Positions 26,412 to 36,952 are shown, counted from the first letter of the stretch. The stretch: DNA of 64,000 bases from a virus (IMGVR_UViG_3300031414_000001:1-64000); one strand, 5' to 3'. Numbers and translations are program-made. The notes: generated by a model from the sequence alone, not told the origin.

Positions 26412-27505
26412 AGATCTACTTTCCTCATGTAATTACCGACGACAATTGATGATACCGCAGCTAAGATTGAGCAGAGAATAACTACCCACAAGCTAGGTTC
26501 GAGTTTGTATTTCAGGTATTCAAATTCCGCATTAGGCAGACGTTTGAAGTCCTGATTAATATCTTTCACTAAAATCTGAACTAAGTCAAGTGACATTTGT
26601 TCAGACATAGCATCCATACGCAGCTTACTATGAAGAAGTTCATTATTAGAACCTTGAGCGAATGAAGTACTGGAAAAGTTACGAACTGAACCAGTGTCAT
26701 CTAACGCAGCGAACATAATAACGTCATTCTTCTTACCACCACGCCACTTACCGAGGATCGCTTTCGGTAACTCAGCATCTTTGACAGGATACAGTACAAG
26801 CACGATGTTAACTTGCTTAGCTGCCCCCATGTCACGGAGTGCCGAGTTGATGTAGTCATTATAACCCTTGACTGGCTGGCTCGTCAAGTTCAAAACGTGA
26901 TTTACCCGATAATAATCGTATACTTCAGGATACTCAGGCAAAGACTTTTTGTATTCTTCAGTATAATCACGTTGGTATTCTTCTTCATGGAATAACGATT
27001 CTTTGTTACCCAGGAGATAGTTAAAGTACGTGTGTTCAGTACTGGCAGGATCACCAATCTGGATCATATTCCAGCGTGGAGGAACTGCTGTACCTTGACG
27101 GTTAACACGTTCAATAGTATGCGAATCGACTGATGTTTTTACACGCCAATCAACTTCATATAAGTAATCAAATACTTTATATGATTCACATGACTTTTGA
27201 CGTTTACCTTTGCTATCACGGTAGTAAGTACACTTCTCATGCCACGTATAATGTTTACACGAACTGCTTTGAGAGTTACACCATTCTACATCACGTGATT
27301 TGCTCAGTACTTTGCCGTTTAAAATCTCAGTGTCAGCCATTGAAGCATAGACGCTTGCGTAGGTAACACCCATCATGATAGCAATACTAACACATACTGC
27401 GAAGAAATGATAGATACATTCTTTAGTAGTAATATCGTGTTGGTACTTGTATTTCATGATGATCAAAATCAGTAATGCTGGTAAAGCAATAATGAAGAAG
27501 TTCAT
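26408..27505 (-). CDS. Membrane protein with large periplasmic region (possible TPM-like domain)
   Basis: Two N-terminal and one C-terminal TM; KQVNIVLV...W.GGKKNDVIM. Confidence 0.7.
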   Translation of the reverse strand: MNFFIIALPALLILIIMKYKYQHDITTKECIYHFFAVCVSIAIMMGVTYASVYASMADTEILNGKVLSKSRDVEWCNSQSSSCKHYTWHEKCTYYRDSKGKRQKSCESYKVFDYLYEVDWRVKTSVDSHTIERVNRQGTAVPPRWNMIQIGDPASTEHTYFNYLLGNKESLFHEEEYQRDYTEEYKKSLPEYPEVYDYYRVNHVLNLTSQPVKGYNDYINSALRDMGAAKQVNIVLVLYPVKDAELPKAILGKWRGGKKNDVIMFAALDDTGSVRNFSSTSFAQGSNNELLHSKLRMDAMSEQMSLDLVQILVKDINQDFKRLPNAEFEYLKYKLEPSLWVVILCSILAAVSSIVVGNYMRKVDL

Positions 27506-27535
27506 GATTTAGCCCTATTATTGGATAACAGGGCT

Positions 27536-27564
27536 ATTCTAGCATTAAGCGGCGGGTACGTCAA
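27536..27564 (-). promoter_or_regulatory. Sigma70-type early promoter
   Basis: TTGACG-N17-TAGAAT. Confidence 0.75.
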
Positions 27565-28234
27565 GCGGTTTTACAAGATCCAGCATGTAACGAGTCATCA
27601 GCGATTCTTTCGCTGCATCGAACACTGGATTGTGTAAGCACAATGGGAACATAATGTCAAGAGAATCTACTTCTTCGACAAATTTATCCAAGTGCGGCTG
27701 AATAGCTTCCTTCATTGCTTCTTCTTGTTCTTTTGATAAAAGCATACGAAGGGTACGCACGTTCTGAGGTGATGTGTAATTCCACAATGTACCTTCACCG
27801 AACATTACACGGTGATTATCTTGTAGAATGCTACAATCAAAATGGCAACCATTACCAAATACTTTAGTACTGAATTTTGGTTCATCAGAACCGTGGAGGA
27901 ACCACTTCAGAATACTTGGAATGTTGGTAGATTCATAAACAGTACCATCCCCACGAAATGCGGTTGGACGTTCAAGTTTGAATGATTTCTGCATTTCACA
28001 AAGTGCCAGAGGGAATTCTTGAGCACAGGCATTAAACCAGAAATCCATAGTACGGGCATCTACCTTCAGACCTAGATCAAGTTGTTCTTGAATAGGAAGT
28101 TGAATGTATAACCAATCCATTTCATGGGTTAGTACTTCAGGGATACGCACAACTGCGTAATTGGGGATTACAATATTATAACCTGAGTTCTCTGGTGTTG
28201 CTAGAGTCTCAATATCAATAGTACACATAGACAT
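27545..28234 (-). CDS. DEDD 3'-5' exonuclease (DexA/Rv2179c-like)
   Basis: IDIETL, TMDFW, GNGCHFDCSIL, HNPVFDA. Confidence 0.85.
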   Translation of the reverse strand: MSMCTIDIETLATPENSGYNIVIPNYAVVRIPEVLTHEMDWLYIQLPIQEQLDLGLKVDARTMDFWFNACAQEFPLALCEMQKSFKLERPTAFRGDGTVYESTNIPSILKWFLHGSDEPKFSTKVFGNGCHFDCSILQDNHRVMFGEGTLWNYTSPQNVRTLRMLLSKEQEEAMKEAIQPHLDKFVEEVDSLDIMFPLCLHNPVFDAAKESLMTRYMLDLVKPLDVPAA

Positions 28235-28554
28235 TATAGATTAACCACCTTATAATAAGTTTTTACTACTGTTTTTTCATGTTTTGTTACGAATGAAAAT
28301 ACAGTATCTTCATATTCATAACCTTGGTAATAATCTCCAGTACGTTCAAGTTCTGCTTGAACAAATACTTCTAAATCTACAAATCCGAAAACCATAGTTT
28401 TATGAGAACGACGGCCTTCATCTTCCCATGCGGTTTCTTGTAAAAGATTATATTTAATTCCTTCGTCACCCCATTTACCTTCTGGATCATCTTCATAATC
28501 CATTGAATCAATAAGTTCACCGAGTTTAGTTAGAAGTTCTTGTGTATATTCCAT
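28234..28554 (-). CDS. Hypothetical protein
   Basis: 106 aa. Confidence 0.75.
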   Translation of the reverse strand: MEYTQELLTKLGELIDSMDYEDDPEGKWGDEGIKYNLLQETAWEDEGRRSHKTMVFGFVDLEVFVQAELERTGDYYQGYEYEDTVFSFVTKHEKTVVKTYYKVVNL

Positions 28555-28616
28555 ACAAATTTTCCATAAGAAAAAGCCCCTACATTGAGGGGCTTTTGTT
28601 TTTTAGCTTTTGTGGA

Positions 28617-29765
28617 TTATTTTTTCTGAGCAATCTCGCGGAGAGCATTTTTCAGATCATCATCCATCTTAGCCATAATGAGAGCGGCTTTCTTACGCTC
28701 GTCACGACCAGCTTGTTCAATACGCATGGTATCGTTGATACCATTCAGCATATCGGTTTGGATTGACTGGAGGGTAGCCAGGTCAACCACGCCACGCTGG
28801 TTCGCTGCCGCTGCGTCTTTCATATTCTGAGACACGGTTTTTGCGTTATCCTTCAGCAGACGGTTAGTTTCGTTGTCGATCATGTTCGACAGTTCGTTAT
28901 CTTTCTTCTGCTGGAGACTGATCAGAGAAAGACTCATGTTGTTTTTCCACGCTGGGATAACAACGGTGTTGAGAGATTCGAACTTCTCAACGGTGTTCAT
29001 GTTAACTTTACGCATTGACGCAATTTGCGGTGCGGTCAGTTTAGAAAGCTGTACCAGACGACGCAGTTTATCAGCCTGTTTATCCAGTGCGTCAGTCAGC
29101 ATACGCTGTTCATCCAGCACGTTCATTGGAGTATCAGGGTTCGCCATCAGTACTGCCAGTTTTTGTTCTTCGATGACCTTAACATCATCAACCGATTCCA
29201 GAATTGCTTCCAGTTCATGGAGATATTCGATGTTAGCGGTATATGCGTTGTTCAGCCATACTGCTTCGCCACGCATACGGTCAATACCAGTTGTCAGAGT
29301 ACCAGTGATTTTCTCAATCTGGTCTTTGCTGGTTTCGAACTGATCCAGTACTTTCTGTTTGGTATCACCAAAGATGTTCCAAACACGAGACAGCAGACCG
29401 GAACGTTGTTCACCCAGGCGAGTAATGTCAACTTTGCGGGTCAGTGTCAGAATGTTAGAAATACCTTCACCGAGTTCGCCAGTATCGGCAACTTTTACTT
29501 TAGACAGAATTTCTTCTGACAGTTTACCGATGTTCTGACCAGCATCAGAACCGAGTGTGTGAATGTTCGCTACGGTCAGTTCCATAGTCGCACCCTTCGC
29601 ATCACGCAGTACTGGCAGGTTCTTTTGACCTTCAGTAAATTCTTCCTGGTCAAAGGTTTCCGGTTCACGCTGTTTAGTCGCAGCGGGTTTACGCTTACGC
29701 GGCTGAGCTTTCTTAGGCTGAGGCTGAACTTCTTCGAAACCGTTGTTTGCGTCGTCAAATGCCAT
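28617..29765 (-). CDS. telA: Toxic anion resistance protein TelA/KlaA family
   Basis: LGSDAGQ...SEEIL, GLLSRVW..F, QIEKI...L, APQI..., IPAWKN, TNRLLKDNA, RGVVD..TL. Confidence 0.85.
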   Translation of the reverse strand: MAFDDANNGFEEVQPQPKKAQPRKRKPAATKQREPETFDQEEFTEGQKNLPVLRDAKGATMELTVANIHTLGSDAGQNIGKLSEEILSKVKVADTGELGEGISNILTLTRKVDITRLGEQRSGLLSRVWNIFGDTKQKVLDQFETSKDQIEKITGTLTTGIDRMRGEAVWLNNAYTANIEYLHELEAILESVDDVKVIEEQKLAVLMANPDTPMNVLDEQRMLTDALDKQADKLRRLVQLSKLTAPQIASMRKVNMNTVEKFESLNTVVIPAWKNNMSLSLISLQQKKDNELSNMIDNETNRLLKDNAKTVSQNMKDAAAANQRGVVDLATLQSIQTDMLNGINDTMRIEQAGRDERKKAALIMAKMDDDLKNALREIAQKK

Positions 29766-29820
29766 GATGGTAATTCCTTCATTCTAAGTTAATTGGGAGA
29801 TTGCTGTCTTGTTGAGATAC

Positions 29821-29849
29821 ATAGTACAGCAATCTTCAGAGTTCGTCAA
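29821..29849 (-). promoter_or_regulatory. Sigma70-type early promoter
   Basis: TTGACG-N17-TACTAT, overlapped by an inverted repeat. Confidence 0.7.
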
Positions 29850-29860
29850 GGATTATTTTC

Positions 29861-31117
29861 TTAGTAGTCGCCTTTTTTCGCTTCAGCTTCGGCATCAGCT
29901 TGGTCAACCGCATCAATATAATCCTGTACTGGATCAACTGGTTCGTCGCTTGATTCAGTAGGAGCATTATAACCGTTATTTGACGGCGACGCAACTACAT
30001 TTTCACGATAAGCCAGGCCACGGATGATATTAACAGTTTCATCATCGACACGTTTAGATGCCTGATTCTGAAGTTTAACAATCAACAGTGGAACTACCAC
30101 TTCCTGTACTTCTTTGAGCTTGCTCAAATCGGACAAGAACTTTTTGTGAATCGTGGTAAGTGACATTTCCGAGATTTCGGTAGTCGCACGAATTTTCATC
30201 AAACGTTCCTGACGCAATTCAAACTCATACGGATCTTCATCAGTCGCAATAACATACTGACAACCAATGATACCGTGCTCAACGCGATCTTTGATTTCAC
30301 CGATATTACCCTGAATGCCTTTAAAGACTTCAGAGATACCGCTAAAGCGGTGCGGGTCAACCGATACTGCGTTGCGTAAAGTACTGAGAATAGTACTCAG
30401 ATCTTCCTGTTTAACTTCGATAGCTTTTGTGCCACCGAACATACGTTGCATGAACGTTGGTTTCAGTGGGAACATACCTTCGAGTACAGTAGTCAGGTTG
30501 TTCATAACACCGTGAATGTAATCACTGTTATTTTTCAGAATCTGAACAAGTTTAATTTGTTCTTCTGACAACGCTTGAGTACTGACAGTAATTTCCTGAG
30601 AACATACTTCGAAGTTTTCAACCCAATCCAGTACTTGCATCGGATGGAACTCTACATTTGCTTTCATGCCGATAATGGCTGGCAAACGAGCATCATTCTC
30701 ACTCAGTTCTTTACGCTCGAATACAATCGGGGCCGGAATATCCGGTGCTGATGGATTGTTATTCTGAAGTACTACAGGTTTAGCTTTCCCATCGAGAAAG
30801 TCCTGATACTCTTGCTGTAAGCGAGGAACCGGAAGGTCTTCAATGCGGATTTTACCAAAGTAAATATCATCCAGCATCATTTCGAGCACACGCAGACGAA
30901 CGCTATCATAGAAGATTTCGTTCAAGTTCAACGGGCGTACATCAAAGATTGGCATACCCGTACCATCATAAGTACGGCTTACGATTACGTTGAAAATATA
31001 CTTCTTCGCAACGTTCTTATCAAATACCTTCAGCAAACTATTGCGAACGTAGTTGTAATCGAATTCCTGAATCTCAATGTTAGAACGACCATCGTTGAAG
31101 AAATATTTTCCTTTCAT
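29861..31117 (-). CDS. Hypothetical helical protein, possibly divergent TelA/Kla-like
   Basis: 418 aa; FMQRMFG amphipathic motif and coiled-coil; adjacent to telA. Confidence 0.7.
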   Translation of the reverse strand: MKGKYFFNDGRSNIEIQEFDYNYVRNSLLKVFDKNVAKKYIFNVIVSRTYDGTGMPIFDVRPLNLNEIFYDSVRLRVLEMMLDDIYFGKIRIEDLPVPRLQQEYQDFLDGKAKPVVLQNNNPSAPDIPAPIVFERKELSENDARLPAIIGMKANVEFHPMQVLDWVENFEVCSQEITVSTQALSEEQIKLVQILKNNSDYIHGVMNNLTTVLEGMFPLKPTFMQRMFGGTKAIEVKQEDLSTILSTLRNAVSVDPHRFSGISEVFKGIQGNIGEIKDRVEHGIIGCQYVIATDEDPYEFELRQERLMKIRATTEISEMSLTTIHKKFLSDLSKLKEVQEVVVPLLIVKLQNQASKRVDDETVNIIRGLAYRENVVASPSNNGYNAPTESSDEPVDPVQDYIDAVDQADAEAEAKKGDY

Positions 31118-31176
31118 GATTCATTATCTCGCAGTTAAATTAATAGGCTGGGGTGCATTATAGCACCCCAAAATGA

Positions 31177-31377
31177 TTAACGCCAGGAAATTTTAGCAAC
31201 CGAGGCGATTGCTTCAACTTTCAGTACGACGAAATCTTTATCGGCATTCTCTTGTGCGAGGCGAGCCGCTTCACCTTTAGCAACAGTCAGTGACATATGC
31301 TCTTTAGGAGTAGCAGACGCAGAGAAGCGACCAGTGTTTTTGTCGATACTAGCGACGATGTATTTTCCAGATTGCAT
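31177..31377 (-). CDS. Conserved small phage protein
   Basis: PKEH.....A..EA.RLA....K.FVVL. Confidence 0.75.
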   Translation of the reverse strand: MQSGKYIVASIDKNTGRFSASATPKEHMSLTVAKGEAARLAQENADKDFVVLKVEAIASVAKISWR

Positions 31378-31407
31378 TTATTTTACCTCTTTGTTATTGA
31401 TTGTTTA

Positions 31408-32040
31408 TTAACGCAGGATGCCTAAAGCACGCAGTTGTGCCAAGTCGTCTTCAGAAATACCAGCAGCTTTCAGTTGTTCGAGAACATTAACTGACTTGCG
31501 AGTACCTTTAGCGGTTGGGGTTGTTGCGGTGGTTTCAGAAGTTGCTGCTACCTGTACTTCCTGAACTTCAAGTACTGGATTAGTGTTTACTTCTTCTACG
31601 TTTGCTGGTTCATCTGCTTCTTCATGAACGACAGTAGCAGTAGTGCCAGTATATTCAGCTTTGCGTTTAGCACGACGAGCTTCGTACTTAGCTTGTTCTT
31701 TTGCTTCACGAGCAGGAGCTTGTTCAGCACGATAAGCAGCAACACGAGCAGCTTCAGCTTCAATGTTAGTCTGACGACGAACAGATTCACCTTTAGGTAC
31801 AATGTCAAAGCTATCGTACAGACCTGGGATGATAGTCACTTCACCAGATTCGGTGTTGCGAACAATAGCATACAGCAGATCGGATTTGTCTACAGCACGA
31901 AGGTTCAAACCACCAACAGTACCAGACTCGTTCAGAACAGTCTGAGAATACTCTACCATAGACTCGTCATGAGTAATGGAGGTAACGTTGGTTGCTTTAT
32001 AGGTAACGCCTTCGGTGTATACGAATAGTACAGTACTCAT
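31408..32040 (-). CDS. Hypothetical protein with Ala/Lys/Arg-rich helix
   Basis: 210 aa; AGGA RBS; early promoter upstream. Confidence 0.8.
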   Translation of the reverse strand: MSTVLFVYTEGVTYKATNVTSITHDESMVEYSQTVLNESGTVGGLNLRAVDKSDLLYAIVRNTESGEVTIIPGLYDSFDIVPKGESVRRQTNIEAEAARVAAYRAEQAPAREAKEQAKYEARRAKRKAEYTGTTATVVHEEADEPANVEEVNTNPVLEVQEVQVAATSETTATTPTAKGTRKSVNVLEQLKAAGISEDDLAQLRALGILR

Positions 32041-32096
32041 TTTCTTTCCTTTTTGTGATTAACTTAAAACATGAATCTTCCGAATTCATGAGGGTG

Positions 32097-32125
32097 ATTC
32101 TACAGCAAGATTTCCGGCCTGTCAA
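32097..32125 (-). promoter_or_regulatory. Sigma70-type early promoter
   Basis: TTGACA-N17-TAGAAT. Confidence 0.8.
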
Positions 32126-32150
32126 GGACAAAAACGAAAAAAGGACGAAA

Positions 32151-32945
32151 TTACGTCCTTTTAATATTCCAATGGAATTCTGTTACTGGTACGAACTGTT
32201 CCGGCATCGGAGTTAAGTCATACATCGTTCCATTTCTAAATTTTAGTATATACGTTCCGCTGAGAATAGCAACTGCTTTCTGTAAAGATTGCATCGCTCG
32301 TTCCTTCCAGAAGTTCTCATACGGCTCAGGGCAGTTTAAATGATCATACCTATACATGCCTAAGCTTGCCTGTATTAAACGCTGTGGAGCCTCGGTACGT
32401 CCATCTATAAGACTAGCACCATGCTGTACGGAAGTCCAGCCAGGAATGCCAGGTAATGAACAAAATAAATCAAAGTCACGAATACTTACACACATCTCTG
32501 AATCCACAATCTGATTGTGAATAACTGCTTCTTTAGCAGTCTTGTATAACTGGAAATCCATGTATACAGCTTTATTATCAATGATGTGTTGTAGTTCATC
32601 ATATGTTGTCGGTACTGGTAGTTCAGGCATCATTTGTCCGAACACTTCCATACAGAAGATTCTCCACAATCCGTTAGTGAAAGCTATCTCTGATTCATAT
32701 ACTTCATCAATAAGAAATCTACCTCTACGGTATTTCTCATTGATGAATATCTTACGTGCCAGATATGCTTTCAGAACCATTTCAGTACTTACATCATCTC
32801 GATTAATATCATCGTAATTCTTTCCAATACGGTTAATCTCATAAGTTCTTACGTATAAACGCTTACTTAATCCTACATTACCAATTGAATGAATAGCTGT
32901 CCTTGTACTTTCGTGTAGTGCTATCAACATATTATAAATTTTCAT
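32151..32945 (-). CDS. Hypothetical protein
   Basis: 264 aa. Confidence 0.8.
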   Translation of the reverse strand: MKIYNMLIALHESTRTAIHSIGNVGLSKRLYVRTYEINRIGKNYDDINRDDVSTEMVLKAYLARKIFINEKYRRGRFLIDEVYESEIAFTNGLWRIFCMEVFGQMMPELPVPTTYDELQHIIDNKAVYMDFQLYKTAKEAVIHNQIVDSEMCVSIRDFDLFCSLPGIPGWTSVQHGASLIDGRTEAPQRLIQASLGMYRYDHLNCPEPYENFWKERAMQSLQKAVAILSGTYILKFRNGTMYDLTPMPEQFVPVTEFHWNIKRT

Positions 32946-33628
32946 TATCTTAGTACTACGTATTTCCCGTTAATACCAACAATGTATTCATTGCCAGATC
33001 TTAATACATCATAGTTCTCACCTAGAACCGCACTCAAACGAGTACCGTCTAATGTCATATCTTCAGATAGTAAATCTTTAACATAAGTTTCGTTTACAAT
33101 ACCTGAACCTTTACTATAATGTAATTCCGTTCCATAAACACTTTTAATCTTGATGCTTTCATTTACAATTTCAACATTTACTGCTGCGAAGTCAAAGAAC
33201 TCTTTTAGTTCTTCTTCTGATACAAGTTCCATGTCATTTGTAATTTGATCAACATCTAAATCAATCGGGTCATTAACCCCGTACATCTGTAACTTCCAAC
33301 CTGGATTTGGGCAGATGTTTTCAATGCTTTTCATTAGCTCTATTAGTTTAGCAGGGAATTCACCATTACGTTCAAATTCAACAAATACTTGATAGCGTCC
33401 ATCAACGTTTGGTGTTTCGGCTGCTTCAGTATCAATTACGTCTACTGGTGAACGTTCAATGAATGAACTCAAATCATATGCTGCGTCAAAATTATCCAGT
33501 ACTTGAAATAGAACAACAATGTTCGAATCATCAATCTTTGGAGTATATTCATCAACGCTGATGATTGGATGTACTAAATCTTTCAGTACTAATGGTCTTA
33601 ATGCTCGTTCGTAAATTCTTTTAGTCAT
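32945..33628 (-). CDS. Conserved jumbo-phage protein
   Basis: LKDLV...ISVDEYTPK...AAYDL.SFIE...Y.VFVEFER. Confidence 0.8.
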   Translation of the reverse strand: MTKRIYERALRPLVLKDLVHPIISVDEYTPKIDDSNIVVLFQVLDNFDAAYDLSSFIERSPVDVIDTEAAETPNVDGRYQVFVEFERNGEFPAKLIELMKSIENICPNPGWKLQMYGVNDPIDLDVDQITNDMELVSEEELKEFFDFAAVNVEIVNESIKIKSVYGTELHYSKGSGIVNETYVKDLLSEDMTLDGTRLSAVLGENYDVLRSGNEYIVGINGKYVVLR

Positions 33629-34197
33629 TACATGCCCCCTTGTGGTTCGTCAAATTGAATATCATCAGAACCCGCATTTGGGTCTTGTTGATCTTGCTGT
33701 TCTGGTTGTTGTTCAGGAGCAGCAGTTTCTTCTTCATTCATAGAATTACTGTTGAAATCAGAAGCCATCAATTTGTATTCATCGAAACTTTCAGGGTTAA
33801 CTAAACGACGAGGAATTTGAAACTTCACTAACAGAATTGGTGTACGTTCATCTTTTGGTGTACTAAGGTTAGCAGCATTACCTAGAATGCTTTGCATATC
33901 ATCATTGCTGCGTGGGTGCTCAATTGGGTGAACTTCCCAATCTGGACGAACAAAAATCTTTGTTCCTTGTTTTTCGAATATCTTCGTTGCTACAGGATCT
34001 GGAAATGTGTCATGGGAAAATTTAAGAGTAATTTCTACCCAATATTTGGAGACATTCGGCCCCTCAACAATTTCACCATTAATCCAGTTCTTATAAGCAT
34101 ACAAATCCATGTTATCAAAATATTCTTCAACGCCAAGAAGAATGTCTAATAAACCGTCTTGATCGTAAAGATTTTGAATTGCTTGTGAACTATCCAT
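33628..34197 (-). CDS. Conserved jumbo-phage protein (late)
   Basis: DLYAYKNW.NGEIVEGP.VSKYWV; TAAATA at 34253-34258 upstream. Confidence 0.8.
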   Translation of the reverse strand: MDSSQAIQNLYDQDGLLDILLGVEEYFDNMDLYAYKNWINGEIVEGPNVSKYWVEITLKFSHDTFPDPVATKIFEKQGTKIFVRPDWEVHPIEHPRSNDDMQSILGNAANLSTPKDERTPILLVKFQIPRRLVNPESFDEYKLMASDFNSNSMNEEETAAPEQQPEQQDQQDPNAGSDDIQFDEPQGGM

Positions 34198-34275
34198 GTA
34201 TATCTTTCCTTTAAGGTTACTTCTCGGTATGAGAATCGTAATAATATAACCTTATTTACTAAACAGAAAAGGGGA

Positions 34276-34899
34276 TTACTCCCCTTTGATTGCTTCAGTA
34301 ATATGGAAGAACATTTGACCCCAATCGTTAACGAATTGATACCGTGGATCATCAGTACTGTCAGCGTTATGAGAACATTTCAGTACTAGAGTATCTAAAC
34401 CTAGACTTTGTGCTACATCAATATTAGCCAGATGATCATCAACTACAGTTACAATATCATACTGTTCTTTCAACTTAGCATAAGTACTGCGTTTAGATTG
34501 ATAGTTTTCAAGGATAATTACATCGTCGAAAATATCACCGAACACATTAATCAGATTTACCTTACGCAGTACTTCACCATGTCCGAACGTACCACTTTTC
34601 GTAACAACGATAAAGGCTACATCTGGATTTTCACGACGAAGTTCTTTCATTGCTGGAACCGTGTGAATATCCATAGGCTCAAGCAATCCAAATTCTACAC
34701 TGTAGAAGTTAAAGTTCTTAAGCAAATCCATTACCTGTTCACCATCACACTGTAACCAATCCTGAAGATTGTATTGCATTGGTTCGCCAACAGTTTCAAT
34801 ATCGTAGTATTTTTCGACGTACTTTTTAAAACCGCCTAGATGATTCAATAGAATCTCGTCACAATCTAAGATGACTGCTTTCTTTTTCTGGTTTGACAT
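34276..34899 (-). CDS. HAD-family hydrolase (T4 gp30.2-like)
   Basis: ILDCDEILL, VVTK, VVDDHLANI. Confidence 0.75.
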   Translation of the reverse strand: MSNQKKKAVILDCDEILLNHLGGFKKYVEKYYDIETVGEPMQYNLQDWLQCDGEQVMDLLKNFNFYSVEFGLLEPMDIHTVPAMKELRRENPDVAFIVVTKSGTFGHGEVLRKVNLINVFGDIFDDVIILENYQSKRSTYAKLKEQYDIVTVVDDHLANIDVAQSLGLDTLVLKCSHNADSTDDPRYQFVNDWGQMFFHITEAIKGE

Positions 34900-34910
34900 T
34901 ATCTTGTCCT

Positions 34911-35864
34911 TTACATTTGGTCGTTACAGATCAAATCCACTTCACATAGTAATGCTGATAGGTTCATCTCGCGGTCAGAAACGGAAGCTTGTTTTACAAC
35001 AGCATCACGAATCTTCACTTTGATCTTCATTTCTTTGATTTCGTCTTGTGTGAACATATCTACGTTACGGTACAGGAACGAAAAGAAGCCATCAATTTCA
35101 TCTTCTGGAATGTTCTGTACGATTTGTTCACGCATCTGACGAATATTACCAGCTTCAAGAGCATCAATAATAGCCGCACGATAACTGGCAGTACTATCAA
35201 TTGAGTCTTCAAGCTTAACTAGTTTACCTTTAACTACTGAGCTTTGCAACGTGTTTAAGGTTTTACGGAAATCAGGGAATGTACATTTAATGTACTTGTT
35301 CACCAAGTCTAGACTTTCTTCGGAATCCAGTTCTACACCTTCAGCCAATAGAATTTCAATAATACGAGTGGTGAAATCATCCTGATCATGTTTCTCGATT
35401 ACAATACTTTGTACACGAGACAAAATTGGTTTAAGAATTTTGTGTTGTTCATTTGATGTTAGAATAAAACGAGCATTCTCGTGATAATCTTCCATAATAC
35501 GTTTTAGTGAACCCTGAGCTTTCTGACCCATTTGTTCCATTTCTTCCAGTACGAAGATACGATAATCACCAAAAGCACTTAGACGAGCAGCAGCATCAAT
35601 CTTTTCACGTACTGCGTCCATACCTTCATCTGACATATTAAGAATTGTCACGTCTGAAGGATCTACGAATCCATTCTCTACTAGACCATTAATTAGTACT
35701 TTAATAGCTGTAGTTTTACCAGTACCTGCTGGACCAAAGAATCCAATATGTGGAATTTCACCAGTTTCGATCCACTCTAACATTTTCTGCTTGAATGCTG
35801 GATTCTTAAACACATATTCATCAACGGTTCCTGGGCGATACTTTTCTGTCCATAGAGTGGTCAT
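34911..35864 (-). CDS. Sliding-clamp loader ATPase subunit (gp44/RFC-like)
   Basis: LWTEKYRP, GPAGTGKTT, RFILTSN, PILSR, FPDFRK. Confidence 0.92.
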   Translation of the reverse strand: MTTLWTEKYRPGTVDEYVFKNPAFKQKMLEWIETGEIPHIGFFGPAGTGKTTAIKVLINGLVENGFVDPSDVTILNMSDEGMDAVREKIDAAARLSAFGDYRIFVLEEMEQMGQKAQGSLKRIMEDYHENARFILTSNEQHKILKPILSRVQSIVIEKHDQDDFTTRIIEILLAEGVELDSEESLDLVNKYIKCTFPDFRKTLNTLQSSVVKGKLVKLEDSIDSTASYRAAIIDALEAGNIRQMREQIVQNIPEDEIDGFFSFLYRNVDMFTQDEIKEMKIKVKIRDAVVKQASVSDREMNLSALLCEVDLICNDQM

Positions 35865-35866
35865 GC

Positions 35867-36163
35867 TTATTCCTTTTTAGTATTGTCTTCATTTATCCAT
35901 TCTGGATAAAGTAATGCTGTAAATAATTCTTCTGTCATTTCTAACTGGTCTAACAAGTAATCCAACGAGTTAGATTGGTTCGGATATTCAGTACCGAATC
36001 TTCTTGCTTCTGAGGCTGTAACCAACATGAATTTAAATTGATCTTCATCAACTGTATAAACTCTACCTTTATTCTTTGGTGTCTGGAAATATAATTTACC
36101 AGAAGGATTAGTACTTACCAGTTCTACATCATAGAAATTAAATTTTCCGTTTTCTACACTCAT
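35867..36163 (-). CDS. Hypothetical protein
   Basis: 98 aa. Confidence 0.7.
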   Translation of the reverse strand: MSVENGKFNFYDVELVSTNPSGKLYFQTPKNKGRVYTVDEDQFKFMLVTASEARRFGTEYPNQSNSLDYLLDQLEMTEELFTALLYPEWINEDNTKKE

Positions 36164-36206
36164 AAAATTCCGACAAAAAGAAAGCCCTGACTAAGCAGGG
36201 CATAAA

Positions 36207-36527
36207 TTAGTATCCTAGACCTAAGAAGTCTGGACGTTCATCAGCAGCAGCGATAACGCCTTTCGGATAATCAACTAAATTTAAAGATACTTCATCAATA
36301 GTAATTGTTCTACTCCAACGACCATGAGCCACCAGAATCCAATCACCAGGTTTCAATTCAGTAATATCTTCACCAACGGAATATACCTTAGCCCAACGAC
36401 TATGTACACCACGTACAGTACCGTCATCATCACGAAGGACAATACCGGATTTTAATTTTTGTTCACCTGTATCTAAATCTGATACAAGGACTTTGCCTTT
36501 ACAAGCTGTAAGTACTTTCGACTCCAT
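36207..36527 (-). CDS. GroES/Cpn10-like co-chaperonin
   Basis: Start MESKV at 36527; GEQKLKSGIVL mobile loop, AKVYSVG, LKPGD. Confidence 0.8.
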   Translation of the reverse strand: MESKVLTACKGKVLVSDLDTGEQKLKSGIVLRDDDGTVRGVHSRWAKVYSVGEDITELKPGDWILVAHGRWSRTITIDEVSLNLVDYPKGVIAAADERPDFLGLGY

Positions 36528-36537
36528 TTGAATATCC

Positions 36538-36897
36538 TTATTCTTGATCAGCAGCGTCATCTTTAGTTTTCGCACGTTTAACTGGTGCTTTCTTTTCTTC
36601 GACTGGTTCTTGTGGTTCAATCTCGAATTGAGCATCATCGAAACCTGTATCTGCGAAGTCAAAAGTATCTGGAGCCATTGAATGGCTTTGATGCTCTGGA
36701 CTAATATCAGGTTTCTGTAGTTCACGTTCACGTTCAGCTAATAGATCTTCACGCTTCTTAATAACTGTGCCGCCTCGACCGATAATATCACCACGTGCGT
36801 TCATATTGGCATTGCCAATAGCTACACTATGTTGGTGCTGGAACTTCAACATTTCCATATCGATCTTCTGACCGCGATAGCTAGTGTGTTTCTTCAT
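36538..36897 (-). CDS. Conserved jumbo-phage protein
   Basis: RGQKIDM...AIGNANMNARGDIIGRGG. Confidence 0.8.
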   Translation of the reverse strand: MKKHTSYRGQKIDMEMLKFQHQHSVAIGNANMNARGDIIGRGGTVIKKREDLLAERERELQKPDISPEHQSHSMAPDTFDFADTGFDDAQFEIEPQEPVEEKKAPVKRAKTKDDAADQE

Positions 36898-36923
36898 AAA
36901 AATCCCTTTTCATTTGTAGGTAC

Positions 36924-36952
36924 ATTATACCATAAATTTTGTTACCATTTCA
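36924..36952 (-). promoter_or_regulatory. TG(A/G)AAC-class promoter
   Basis: TGAAAT-N17-TATAAT, extended TGG. Confidence 0.65.

Noticed and set aside
36528-36731. N-terminal extension of the GroES-like ORF
   Set aside because: It overlaps 36538..36897 in another frame; the RBS supports a start at 36527.
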